Source of the DNA: Squalus acanthias
Taxonomy: Eukaryota
Length of the DNA: 64,000 nt
Assembly (NCBI GenBank): GCA_030390025.1
Contig: JASTWF010000034.1
Location: 434,001 to 498,000 of the forward strand
Reading direction: 5' to 3'
The translations under genes and the position numbers were made by a program. The notes below the pieces were generated by a model. That model searched no databases, had not been told where the DNA came from, and was given only the letters and a program-made list of their open reading frames with translations. Shown here piece after piece: positions 35,401 to 48,368 of the stretch (position 1 is its first letter; every line of letters starts with the position of its first letter).

Positions 35401-37712
35401 AATTAAAGTCCTCAACATGACCCGACTACAGGCTTTTTATAATTCCTGAATAATGCTGGTGCTTTGGACAGTGTGATGATTTTATCGGTTAAGTGAAATG
35501 CGCGCTGGCCATTTTAATTCACTTTACTGGGGTTCTGAGTGTGGAGTTCTCTCTGTCTCTCCCTCTTTTCCCTCTGTCTCTCAATTTCGCTCCATTTTCC
35601 TTGTCTCTCAATTTCTCTATTTAACCCTAAAATACGTAAACAATGCCGCCCACAGCAAGAGGATTTGTCAATATTATAAATGGTGAGAAAGTAACATTTC
35701 AGAGTACAATTCAATCAGGACTAAATCCGAGATAGTGAGAAATAAAAGGGAGAGAGAGAGAGGGAGAGGCAGAGGCAGAGACGCAGAGAGTTGACTGGGA
35801 AAAACACCATTTTAATTCATTTAACTGAGGTTCTGAGTGTGGAGTTCTCTCTGTCTCTCTTTCTACATCTTTCCTTCTGTCTGTCTCTTTCTCTCCCTCT
35901 GTCTCTCTCTATTTTTCTCTCCATCTGTCTGTCTGTCTCTTTCTCTCCCTGTCTGTCTGTCTCTTTCTCTCCCTCTGTCTCTCTCTATTTTTCTCTCCAT
36001 CTGTCTGTCTGTCTCTTCTTCGCCCTCTGTCTGTCTGTCTCTCTCTCCCTCTGTCTCTCTCTCTCTTTCTATCTCTTTGTCTTTCTCTCTCTATTTCTCT
36101 TTCTCTCCCTGTCTGTCTGTCTCTCTCCCTCTCTCTCGCTCTTTCTCTCCCTCTGTCGATCTCTCTCTATCTCTCCCTCTGTCTGTATCTCTCTTTCTCA
36201 CCCTTTCCCTCTGTCGGTCTCTTTCAGCCTTAACTCTGTTTAAAAAATGACAGAAAGCAATGATATGTTTCATATTTCAAATTTTTTGTCTTTCAATACT
36301 CCTGTGCAGCGCCTAGGGACGTTTTAATATGTTAAAGGCGCTGTATAAATGCAAGTTGTTGATGACTCAATTTCTCTCCTCTTTCCCTCTGTCTCTCTTT
36401 CTCTCCACCTTTGACTGTCTCTCAATTTCTCTATTTAACCATTTAATACGTAAACAGTGCCGCCCACAGCAATTGGATTTGTCGTTATTTTAAATGGTGA
36501 GACAGAATAATTTCAGAGTACATTTCAATCACGATTAAATCCGAGATAGGGAGAAATAAAAGGGAGAGAGAGAGAGATACAGATGGAGAGACACAGAGAG
36601 TTTACTGGGATAAACACCATTCATTTAACTGTGGTTCTGAGTGTGGATTTCTCTGTCTCTCTCTTTCTTCATCTTCCCTTCTGTCCGTCTCTTTCTCGCC
36701 CTCTGTCTGTCTGTCTCTCTCTCCCTCTTTCTGTCTCTCTGCCTCATTCTGTCTGTCTCTCTCCCTCCCTCTGCATGTCTCTCTCCCTCCCTCAGTCTGT
36801 CTCTCTCTACCTCTCGCTCTGTCTGTCTCTCTCTATATCTCCCTCTGCCTGTCTCTCTCTTTCTCTCCCTCTGTCTGTCTCTCTCTGTCTGTATCACTTT
36901 TTTTACCCTCTCCCTCTATCTGTCTCTTTCAATCTTAACTATGTTTAAAAAATGACATACAGCAATGAGATATTTACCTTCTCTCCATCTTTGACTGCCT
37001 CTTAATTTCTCTATTCTACCCTTTAATAAGTGAAAATGCCGTCCACAAAAATTGGATTTGTCGTTGTTTTAAACGGTGAGCCAGAAATATGTCAGAGTAC
37101 ATTTCAATCAAAATTAAATCCAAGATAGGGAGAAATAAATGGGGGAGAAAGAAAGAGAGACAGAGGGAGACAGAAACAGAGAGAGAGAGAGAGAGAGAGA
37201 GGCAGAGGGAGAGACACAGAGAGAGTTGACTGGGATAAAACACAGGGAGAGACACAGGCTCTGGGGTTCTCCAGTGTGCAGTCACTTCCCAGCTCCCAGC
37301 CTCTGCAGAAAAACCCCTCTGTCACACCGTTCCAGAATGTAAAGATTCAAAAATAAATCCCGGGACGGTGATTTTAATAAGTGTCCCATAGGAATCAGCA
37401 GATTAATGCCAGTTTAAAGAGAGAGTTTCGAACTTTCTGGGGAGTGAGAGGATGTTCCCAGCCTTGGAATACACACCCCTGAGGGGGAGGAGGTTACAGC
37501 GGGCGCGATGGAGAGGGGGCGAGGAAGGGGAAGAAGTAGGTCCCATTCCCCACTTGCTCCTTCCAATCTCTCTGCGAGCTTGGGTGTGAGCTGTGGGTGG
37601 AATCACTGGGAACTGTTCTTGGCCCCGTTCCTGTGTGGGGTCTGTGGTTTCTCTCTCTATCTTCTTCTGTATCGCTTACTGCACATAGTTACCTACCTCT
37701 CTCTCTCTCTCC

Positions 37713-39000
37713 TAGTGTCTCTCTATCAGACACAGATTTACACACCTTTCTCTCTCTCTCCCTCTCCTGGTGTCTCTCTATCAGACACAGAGTTACACAC
37801 CTTTCTCTCCCTCTCTGTCTCCTGGTGTCTCTCTATCACTACACAGAGTTACACACCTTTCTCTCCCTCTCCCTCTCCTGGTGTCTCTCTATCAGACACA
37901 GAGTTACACACTTTTCTCTCCCTCTCCCTCTCCTGGTGTCTCTCTATCAGACACAGAGTTACACACCTTTCTCTCTCTCTCCCTCTCTCGGTGTCTCTCT
38001 ATCACTACACAGAGTTACACACCTTTCTCTCTCTCTCCCTCTCCTGGTGTCTCTCTATCACTACACAGAGTTACACACATTTCTCTCTCTCTCCCCCTCC
38101 TGGTGTCTCTCTATCACTACACAGAGTTACACACCTTTCTCTCCCTCTCTGTCTCCTGGTGTCTCTCTATCACTACACAGAGTTACACACCTTTCTCTCT
38201 CTCTCCCTCTCCTGTTGTCTCTCTATCACTACACAGAGTTACACACCTTTCTCTCTCTCTCCCTCTCCTGGTGTCTCTCTATCACTGCACAGAGTTACAC
38301 ACCTTTCTCTCTCTCTCCCTCTCCTGGTGTCTCTCTATCACTACACTGATTTACACAACTTTCTCTCTCTCTCCCCCTCCTGGTGTCTCTCTATCAGTAC
38401 ACAGAGTTACACACCTTTCTCTCCCTCTCTGTCTCCTGGTGTCTCTCTATCACTACACTGAGTTACACAACTTTCTCTCTCTCTCCCCCTCCTGGTGTCT
38501 CTCTATCACTACACAGAGTTACACACCTTTCTCTCCCTCTCTGTCTCCTGGTGTCTCTCTATCACTACACAGAGTTACACACCTTTCCCTCTCTCTCCCC
38601 CTCCTGGTGTCTCTCTATCACTACACTGAGTTACACAACTTTCTCTCTCTCTCCCCCTCCTGGTGTCTCTCTATCACTACACAGAGTTACACACCTTTCT
38701 CTCCCTCTCTGTCTCCTGGTGTCTCTCTATCACTACACAGAGTTACACACCTTTCTCTCTCTCTCCCTCTCCTGGTGTCTCTCTATCACTACACAGAGTT
38801 ACACACCTTTCTCTCTCTCTCCCTCTCCTGGTGTCTCTCTATCACTACACAGAGTTACACAACTTTCTCTCTCTCTCCCCCTCCTGGTGTCTCTCTATCA
38901 CTACACAGAGTTACACACCTTTCTCTCTCTCTCCCTCTCCTGGTGTCTCTCTATTACTACACAGAGTTACACACATTTCTCTCTCTCTCCCTCTGTTGGT
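37713..39000. repeat. 56-bp minisatellite, about 23 copies
   Basis: GGTGTCTCTCTATCACTACACAGAGTTACACACCTTTCTCTCTCTCTCCCTCTCCT. Confidence 0.95.
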
Positions 39001-40749
39001 GTGTCTCTGTCAGGGCACACTCAGTTGCATGCCTCTCGCTACCTCCCTCTGCTGGTGTCTCTCTCTGATGTCCTGAGGCCAACATTTATCTCTCAACCAA
39101 CATCACTGAAACCGATCATCTGGTTATTAACATATTGTTGTTTGTGGGAGTTTGCTGTGGACAGATTGGCTGCCGCGTTTGCTGTAGATCGCTCCTGAGT
39201 TTGTGAAATTAATGTCCTCCGTGTGAACCCGTGCAAAGGCCTGTTATCCCAGAATAATGCTGGTGTTTTGGGCGATGCGATGATTTTGTCGGTTAAATGA
39301 GATGCGCGGTGACCATTTTAATTCATTTCACTGGGGTTCTGAGTGTGGATTTATTACTGTGTATATTTCACTCCATCTTGCTCTGTGTCTCTCTCCATCT
39401 TTCTCTGTTATGTGGCTCGATGTGAAATTTTGTTTTATAACACTCCTGTGAAGCGTCCTGGGAGGTTTTACTACATTAAAGGCACTATACAAATACAAGT
39501 TGTGTTGTTGTCTCTCTCCAGCTTTCACCGTCTCCCTCTCTAAAACTTTAACTTCTAAAAAATGCAGCACACAGCAATGTGAGTTGTCGTCATTTCAAAT
39601 GGTAGACAGAAACATTTCAGAGTACATTTCAATCAAGATTAAAGCTGAGATAGAGAGAAAGAAATAGAGCGAGAGCAGATGATTGAAAGAAAGAGAAATA
39701 GGGACAGAGATGGGGACCTCGATAGGAACAGAGAGTGGGGGAGAGAAAATGAAAGCGAGGGAGAGAGAGATAGGGGCAGAAAGAGAGAGGGAGAGAGAGA
39801 GAGTGAGAGAGAGGGGGACACAGATGGAGGTGACTGTTAAATTCCAGAATTGCGAGATGCACTGTAACATTTAATGTACACACAGCACCAATCCTGAGCC
39901 GAGCGGGTACAGGGGGGCAGGGAGCGGGAGAGACACGGGGATCGCCAGTGTTTGTGTTTTTACAATGAGACAGAATCAGATGGCGAGATAGGCAGAGAGA
40001 AAGAAACGGAGAGGCAGAAAGTCAGTGGGAATAAAAGATAAAGAGAGAGAGGGAGGGAGAAAGAGAGACACAGAGGGAGAAAGAGAGAGAGAGAGAGAGA
40101 AGGAGATAGAGAAACAAAGGGAGAGAAGGAGACAGCGAGACAGGGAGAGAGAGAGAGTGAGACACTCACAAACACACAGAAACCGAGGAAGAGAGAGACA
40201 GGGCGAGAGAGACAGAGGGAGAGTGAAACAGGGAGAGAGAGACAGACAGACAGGAGGAGTTGACTGGGTTAAACACACAGGCTCTGGATAGGCTGGGGCT
40301 GTATTCTTTGGAATAGAGGAGTGTGAGGGAGATTAAATGGAGGTTAATAAAATTATGAGGGGCCGAGATACAGTGGATGGGAAGGACCTATTTCCTAAAA
40401 AGGGCTCCAAGAGTAAAGTGAAGTCCTCAACGGGAACCCGTGCTTGTTATAATTACAGAATAATGCTGGTGTTTTGGGCAGTGCGCTGATTTTGACGGTT
40501 AAGTGAGATGCGCGGTGGCCATTTTAATTCATTTTAATGAGGTTCTGAGTGTGGAGTTCTCTCTGTCTCTCCCTCTCTTCCCTCTGTCTCTCAATTTCTC
40601 TCCATTTTCCTTGTCTCTCAATTTCTCTACTTAACACTGTAAACAATGCTGCCCACAGCAATTGGATTTGTCGTTATTTCAACTGGTGAGACAGAAACAT
40701 TTCAGAGTACATTTCAATCGCCATTAAATCCGAGATAGGGAGAAATAAA

Positions 40750-42352
40750 GGGGCGCGAGAGAGCGAGCGAGGAACAGGAAGAGATATAGAGAAACCGGGA
40801 GAGAGAGAGAGAGGAACCAGGAGAGAGAGAGATAAACCGCGTGAGAGAGAGAGAGAGAGAGAGAAACTGGGAAAGATAGAGAGAGAGAAAACGGGAGAGA
40901 GAGAGACAGAGAGAACAGAAACCAGGAGAGTGAGAGAGAGAGAGAGAGAAACCAAGAGAGAGAGAGAGAAAGGAACAGGGAGAGAGAGACGCACACACAC
41001 ACAGAAACCAAGAGAGAGAGAGAAGCCGGGAGAGAGAGAGAGAGAGAGTAAGAGGGAACCCGGGAGAGAGAGAGAGAGATAGAAACCAGGAGACAGAGAG
41101 AGAAAGGAACAGGGAGAGGGAGAGACACACACACAGATAAACCATGAGAGAGAGAGAGAGAGAGAAACCGGGCGAGAAAGAGAGAGAAAGGAACAGGGAG
41201 AGAGAGACACAAACAGATAGAAAAACCATGAGAGAGAGAGAGAGAGAGAGAGACCGGCAGAGAGAGACACAGAGAGAGAAATCAGAAGAGAGAGAGAGAG
41301 AGAGAGAGAAACCAGAAGTGAGAGAGAGAGAGAGAGAACCCGGCAGAGAAAGAGAGATAGAAACCAGGAGACAGAGAGAGAAAGGAACAGGGAGAGAGAG
41401 ACACACACACACACAGAAACCATGAGAGAGAGAGAAACCGGGCGAGAGAGAGAGAGAAAGGAACAGGAAGAGAGAGACATACACAGAGAGAGAAACCATG
41501 AGAGAGAGGGATCGAGAGAGACAGGGAGGGAGAGAGAGAGAGAAATCAGAAGAGAGAGAGAAACCAGAAGTGAGAGAGAGAAAGGAACAGGAAGAGAGAG
41601 AGAGACGCACACACACAGAAACCAAGAGAGAGAGAGAGAAACCGGGAAAGAGAGAGACAGAGAGAGGAACCGGGAGAGAGAGACAGAGACAGAGAGAGAG
41701 AGAATAAGGAGAGAGAGAGACAAAGGAACAGGGAGAGAGAAAGACACAGAGATAGAGAGAGAAATCAGGAGAGAGAGAGAGAGAGAGAGAGATAAACCGG
41801 GAGAGAGAGAGCGAGATAGGAACAGGGAGAGAGAGAGAAAAACCGGGAGAGAGAGAGAGAGAGGAACCAGGAGGGAGAGAGAGATAACCCGCGTGAGAGA
41901 GAGAGAGAGAGAGAGAGAGAAACTGGGAAAGAGAGAGAGAGAGAGAAACCGGGAGAGAGAGAGACAGAGATAACAGAAACCAGGATAGTGAGAGAGAGAG
42001 ACAGAGAGAGAGAGAATCCAAGAGCGAGAGAGAGAAAGGAACAGCGAGAGAGAGACACACACACAGAGAGAAACCATGAGAGACACAGAGAGAGAAACCG
42101 GGCGAGAGAGAGAGAAAAAGGAACAAGGAGAGAGAGACACACACAGAGAGAGAAACCATGAGAGAGAGAGAGAGAGAGAGACCGGCAGAGAGAGAGAGAC
42201 AGAGAGATAAATCAGAAGAGAGAGCGAGAGAGAAATCAGAAGTGAGAGAGAGAGAGATCGAGAGAACCCGGGAGAGAGTGTGAGATAGAAACCAGGAGAC
42301 AGAGAGAGAAAGGAACAGGGAGAGAGAGAGACACACACAGAGAAACCAAGAG

Positions 42353-42389
<37 letters not shown>

Positions 42390-45300
42390 CAGGGAGAGAG
42401 AGAGACACAGAGAAACAAGGAGAGAAACTGGGAGAGAGAGAAACAGACAGAGAGAGAAACTGGGAGAGAGGGAGATAGAAACAGGGAGAGAGACAGAGAG
42501 AGAGAGAAACTGGGAGAGAGAGAGAGACAGAGAGTGAAACTGGGAGAGAGAGAGAACAACCGGGAGAAAGAGAGAGAGAGAGAGATAAACTGGGAGATAG
42601 AGAGACAGAGGGAGAGAGAAAAGCCGGGAGAGAGAGAAAAAAACTGGGAGAGAGAGAGAGATAAACTGGGAGAGAGAGAGAGACAGAGAGAGAAACTGGG
42701 AGACAGAGAAAAACTGGAAGAGAAAGAGAGAAACTGGGAGAGAGTGACAGAGAGAGAAAGAGAAAGAAACTAGGAGAGAGAGAGAGAGAAAATCTGGGAT
42801 AGAGAGAGAGAGAGAGAGAGAGACCCGTAGAGAGAGAGAGATAGACAGAGAGAAATAGAAACCGGGAGAAAGAGAGAGACACCTAGAGAGAAACCAGAAG
42901 AGAGTGTGAGAGAGAGAGAGAGAGAGAAGGAGTGAGAGAGAAAAAAGAACAGGGAGAGAGAGACACAGAGAGAGAGAGAAAAATCAGGAGGGAGAGAGAG
43001 AGATACACCGGGAGACAGAGACAGACAGAGAGAGAAACTGGGAGAGAGAAAAATAAAAACCGGGAGAAAGAGAGGGAGAGAAACTGTGAGAGAGAGAGAG
43101 AGAGAGACAGAGGGAGAGAGAGAAGCTGGGAGATAGAGCGAAAAAGTGGGAGAAAGAGAGAGAAATTGGGAGAGAGGGACAAATTGGGAGAGAGGGACAA
43201 ATTGGGAGAGAGAGAGAGAGACGGAGGGTAGAGAGAGAAACTGAGAGACGGAGAGAGAGACAGAGAGAGAAACTGGGAGAGAGACAGAAAGAGAGAAACT
43301 GGGGGAGCGAGAGAGAGAGAGAGACAGAGAGTGAAACTGGGAGAGAGAGAAACGGGGAGAAAGAGAGAGAGAGAGAGAAACTGGGAGAGAGAGAGAGACA
43401 GAGGGAGAGAGAGATGCTGGGAGAGAGAGACAAAAGCTGGGAGAGAGAAATTGGGAGAGAAAGAGAGAAATTGGGAGAGAGAGAGAGACAGAGGGAAGAG
43501 AGACAAACTGGGAGAGAGAGAGACACTGGGAGAGATAGGGAGAAACTGGGAGAGAGAGAGAGACAGAGAGAGAAAGGGGGAGAGAGAGAAACCGAGAGAG
43601 AGAGAGATAAAAGGAGAGAGACAGAGAGAGAAACTGGGAGAGAGAGAGAGATAAACCGGGAGAGAGAGAGCGAGAGAGGTACAGGGAGAGAGAGAGAGAA
43701 ACCGTGAGAGAGAGAGAGAGGAACCAGGAGGGAGAGAGAGATAACCCGCGTGTGTGTGAGAGAGAGAGAGAGAAACTGGGAAAGAGAGAGAGAGAGAAAA
43801 CGGGAGAGAGAGAGACAGAGAGAACAGAAACCAGGAGAGTGAGAGAGAGAGAGAGAAACCAAGAGAGAGAGAGAGAAAGGAACAGAGAGAGAGAGACGCA
43901 CACACACAGAAACCAAGAGAGAGAGAGAAACCGGGAGAGAGAGAGAGAGATATAAACCAGGAGAAAGAGAGAGAAAGGAACAGGGAGAGAGAGAGAGACA
44001 CACACAGAGATAAACCATGAGAGAGAGAGAGAGAAACCGGACGAGAAACAAAGAGAAAGGAACAGGGAGAGAGAGATACACAGAGAGAGAGAAACCATGA
44101 GAGAGAGAGAGAGAGGGACCGGCAGAGAGAGAGAGAGAGACAGAGATAGAAATCAGAAGAGAGAGAGAGAGAGAGAGAAACCACAAGAGAGAGAGAGAGA
44201 GAGAGAACCCGGGAGAGAGAGAGAGATAGAAACCAGGAGACAGAGAGAGAAAGGAACAGGGAGAGAGACACACACACACACAGAGAGAAACCATGAGAGA
44301 GAGAGAAACCGGGCGAGAGAGAGAGAGAGAAAGGAACAGGAAGAGAGAGACACACACAGAGAGAGAAACCATGAGAGAGAGGGATCGAGAGAGAGAGGGA
44401 GAGAGAGAGAGAGAAAGAGAAAGAAATCAGAAGAGAGAGAGAGAGAGAGATAATCCAGAAGTGAGAGAGAGAAAGGAACAGGGAGAGAGAGACACACACA
44501 GAGAAAGAAACCATGAGAGACACAGAGAGAGAAAGCGGGCGAGAGAGAGAGAAAAAGGAACAAGGAGAGGGAGAAACACACAGAGAGAGAAACCATGAGA
44601 GAGAGAGAGAGAGAGAGACCGGCAGAGAGAGAAGGAGAGACAGAGAGAGAAATCAGAAGAGAGAGCGAGAGAGAAACCAGAAGAGAGAGAGATAGAGAGA
44701 ACCCGGGAGAGAGAGTGAGATAGAAACCAGGAGGCAGAGAGAGAGAAAGGAACAGGGAGAGAGAGACACACACAGAGAAACCATGAGAGAAAGAGAGAGA
44801 AACCGGGCGAGAGAGAGAGAGAAAGGAACAGGGAGAGAGAGACACACAGAGTGAGAAACTGGGAGAGAGGGAGATAGAAACCGGGAGAGAGACAGAGAGA
44901 GAGAAACTGAGAGAGAGAGAGAGAGAGACAGAGAGTTAAACTGGGAGAGAGGGACAGTACAACCGGGAGAAAGAGAGAGAGAGAGAGATAAACTGGGACA
45001 GAGAGAGACAGAGGGAGAGAGAAAAGCCGGGAGAGAGAGAGAAACACTGGGAGAGAGAGAGATAAACTGGGAGAGAGAGAGAAACTGGGAGAGAGAGAAA
45101 CTGGGAGAAAGAAACTGGGAGAGAGAGAAACTTGGAGAGAGAAACTGGGAGAGGGAGGGAGACAGAGAGAGAACGGGCGAGAGAGAGTGAAACTGGGAGA
45201 GTGAGAGAGAGAGCGAAACCTAGAGAGATAAAGAGAGAGAGAGAGATAAAAGGAGAGAGAGACAGAGAGAGAAACTGCGAGAGAGAGAGAGAGAGAGACA

Positions 45301-46945
45301 GAGAGAGAAACTGGGAGACAGAGAAAAACTGGAAGAGAGAGAGAGAAACTGGGAGAGAGTGACACAGAGAGAAAGAGAAAGAAACTGGGAGAGAGAGAGA
45401 GAGAGAGAGAGAGAAACTGGGATAGAGAGAGAGAGAGAGAGAAACCCGGAGAGAGAGAGAGAGATAGACAGAGATAAATAGAAACCGGGAGAAAGAGAGA
45501 GACACCTAGTGAGAAAACAGAAGAGAGTGAGAGAGAGAGAGACAGAACGAGAGAGAGAGAAAAAAGAACAGGGAGAGAGAAACACAGAGAGAGAGAGAAA
45601 AATCAGGAGGGAGAGAGAGAGTGAGAAACCGAGAGAGAGAGAGAGACCAGGAGAGAGAGAGTGAGATAAACCGGGAGAGAGAGAGAGACCGAGAGAGAAA
45701 CTGGGAGAGAGAGACAGACAGAGAGAGAAACTGGGAGAGAGAAAAATAAAAACCGGGAGAACGAGAGAGAGAGAAACTGGGAGAGAGAGAGAGAGACAGA
45801 GGGAGAGAGAGAAGCTGGGAGATAGAGCGAAAAAGTGGGAGAAAGAGAGAGAAATTGGGAGAGAGGGAGAAATTGGGAGAGAGAGATAGAGACGGAGGGT
45901 AGAGAGAGAAACTGGGAGACAGAGAGACAGACAAAGAGAGAAACTGGGAGAGAGAGAGATAGAAACCGGGAGAGAGACAGAGAGAGAGAAACTGGGAGAG
46001 CGAGAGAGAGAGAGAAAGAGAGTGAAACTGGGAGAGAGAGAAACGGGGAGAAAGAGAGAGAGAGAGAGAGAAACTGGGAGAGAGAAAGACAGAGGGAGAG
46101 AGAGAAGCTGGGAGAGAGAGAGAAAAGCTGGGAGAGAGAAATTGGGAGAGAAAGAGAGAAATTGGGAGAGAGAGAGACTGATGGAAGAGAGACAAACTGG
46201 GAGAGAGAGAGAGACACTGGGAGAGATAGGGAAAAACTGGGAGAGAGAGAGAGACAGAGAGAGAAAGGGAGAGAGAGAGAGAGAAACCGAGAGAGAGAGA
46301 TAAAAGGAGAGAGAGAGACAGAGAGAGAAACTGGGAGAGAGAGTGAGATAAACCGGGAGAGAGAGAGCGAGAGAGGAACAGGGAGAGAGAGAGAGAAACC
46401 GGGAGAGAGAGAGAGAGAGAGAGAGAGGAACCAGGAGGGAGAGAGAGATAACCCGCGTGTGTGAGAGAGAGAGAGATAAACTGGGAAAGAGAGAGAGAGA
46501 GAAAACGGAAGAGAGAGAGAGAGACAGAGAGAACAGAAACCAGGAGAGTGAGAGAGAGAGAAACCAAGAGAGAGAGAGAGAAAGGAACAGGGAGAGAGAG
46601 ACGCACACACACAGAGAGACCAAGAGAGAGAGAGAAAGCGGGAGAGAGAGAGAGAGAGAGAGAGAACCCGGGAGAGAGAGAGATAAAAGGAGAGAGAGAG
46701 AGAGACAGAGAGAGAAACTGGGAGAGAGAGAGAGAGAGCGAGACCGGGAGAGAGAGAGAGAAACTGGGAGAGAGAGAGAGAGAAAGACAGAGAAAGAAAC
46801 TGGGAGAGAGAGAGAGAAACTGGGATAGAGGGAGAGAGAGACAGAAACCCGGAGAGAGAGAGACAGAGAGAGAGAGAAACCGGGAGAAAGAGCGAGACAT
46901 AGAGCGAGAAACCAGAAGAGAGTGAGAGAGAGAGAGAAACAAGGA
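40750..46945. repeat. Complex GA-rich satellite (AAACTGGG/AAACCGGG/AAGGAACAGG punctuating (GA)n) with internal block duplications
   Basis: Extreme purine skew; long S/L and R/E ORFs are artefacts. Confidence 0.95.
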
Positions 46946-46949
46946 AACC

Positions 46950-48368
46950 TAGAAACATAGAAACATAGAAGATAGGAGCAGGAGTAGGCCATTCGGCCCC
47001 TCGAGCCTGCTCCGCCATTCGATGAGATCATGGCTGATCATCCAAACTCAGTACCCTGTCCCTGCCTTCTCCCCATATCCCTTGACACCTTTAGCTTTAA
47101 GAAATATATCTAACTCATTCTTGAATATATTAATGACTTGGCCTCAACTACGTTCTGTGGTAGAGAATTCCACAGGTTCACCACTTTCTGGGTGAAGACA
47201 TTTTTCCTCATTTCTGTCCTAAATGGCTTACCCGTTATCCTTAGATTATGACCCCTGGTTCTGGACTCTCCGACCATCGGGAGCATTCTTCCTGCATCTA
47301 GTTTGTCCAGACCTGTCAGAATTTTATGTTTCGATGAGATCCCCTCTCATTCTTCTATACTCCAGCGAGTATAAGCCCAATCGACCCAATCTCTCCTCAT
47401 ATGTCATTCCTGCCATCCCAGGTATCAGCCTTGTAACATAAAACATAAACATAAACATAAAAGAGAGGAGCAGGAGTAGGCCATTCGGCCCCTCGAGCCT
47501 GTTCCGCCATTTAATGAGATCATGGCTGCTCATCCAAATTCAGTACCCTGTCCCTGCTTTCTCCCCATATCCCTTGATCACTTTAGCCTTAAGAAATATA
47601 TCTAACTCCTACTTGAATATATTTAATGAATTGGCCTCAACTGCCTTCTGTGGTAGAGAATTCCACAGGTTCACCACTCTCTGGGTAAAGAAATTCCTCC
47701 TCATCTCAGTCCTACATGGCTTACCCCTTATCCTTAGAATGTGACCCCTGGTTCTGGACTCCCCTGCCATCGGGAACATCCTTCCTGCATCTAGTCTGTC
47801 TAGTCCTGTTAGAATTTTATAAGTTTCAATGAAATCCCCTCTCATTCTTCTAAATTCTAGCGAATACAAGCCCAATCGACCCAATCTCTCTTCATACGTC
47901 ATTCCTGCCATCCCAGGTATCAGTCTGGTGAATCTTCGCTGCACTCCCTCCATGGCAAGAACATCCTTCCTCAGATAAGGCGACCAAAACTGCACACAAT
48001 ACTCAAGGTGTGGTCTCACCAAGGCCCTGTACAACTGCAGCAAGACCTCTTTGCTCCTGTACTCGAATCCTCTCGCTATGAAGGCCAACATACCATTTGC
48101 CTTCTTAACCGCCTGCTGCACCTGCATGCTTACCTTCAGCAACTGGTGCACAAGGACACCCAGGTCTCGTTGCACTTCCCCTTTTCCCAATCTATTGCCG
48201 TTCAGATAATAATCTGCCTTCCTGTTTTTGCCACCAAAGTGGATAACCTCGCATTTATCCACATTACACTGCATCTGCCATGCATCTGCCCAATCACCCA
48301 ACCTGTCTAAATCATCCTGGAGTTTCTCGGCATCCTCCTCACAGCACACGCCCACCCAGCTTTGTGTC
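46950..48368 (-). mobile_element. Two tandem young CR1 3' fragments (46950-47435 and 47436-48368)
   Basis: ORF 47609-48382 is nearly identical in protein to the 18953 element; tails (AGAAACAT)n and (AAACAT)n on the plus strand. Confidence 0.93.

Larger units (their letters stand above)
34030..40750. repeat. Patchwork of locally duplicated modules separated by CT/GA microsatellites
   Basis: Module A (GCCGCCCACAGCA..TTCAGAGTACATTTCAATC..GAGATAG) x6; module B (GATTTTGACGGTTAA..GGCCATTTTAATTC..GGTTCTGAGTGTGGA) x4 full copies; L2/SINE-like tails at about 34250, 36290 and 39410. Confidence 0.85.

Noticed and set aside
37508..39198. ORFs of 250-432 aa
   Set aside because: Translations of the 56-bp minisatellite
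40674..47031. Long ORFs up to 722 aa (S/L-rich or R/E-rich)
   Set aside because: Translations of GA/CT low-complexity DNA that lacks stop codons
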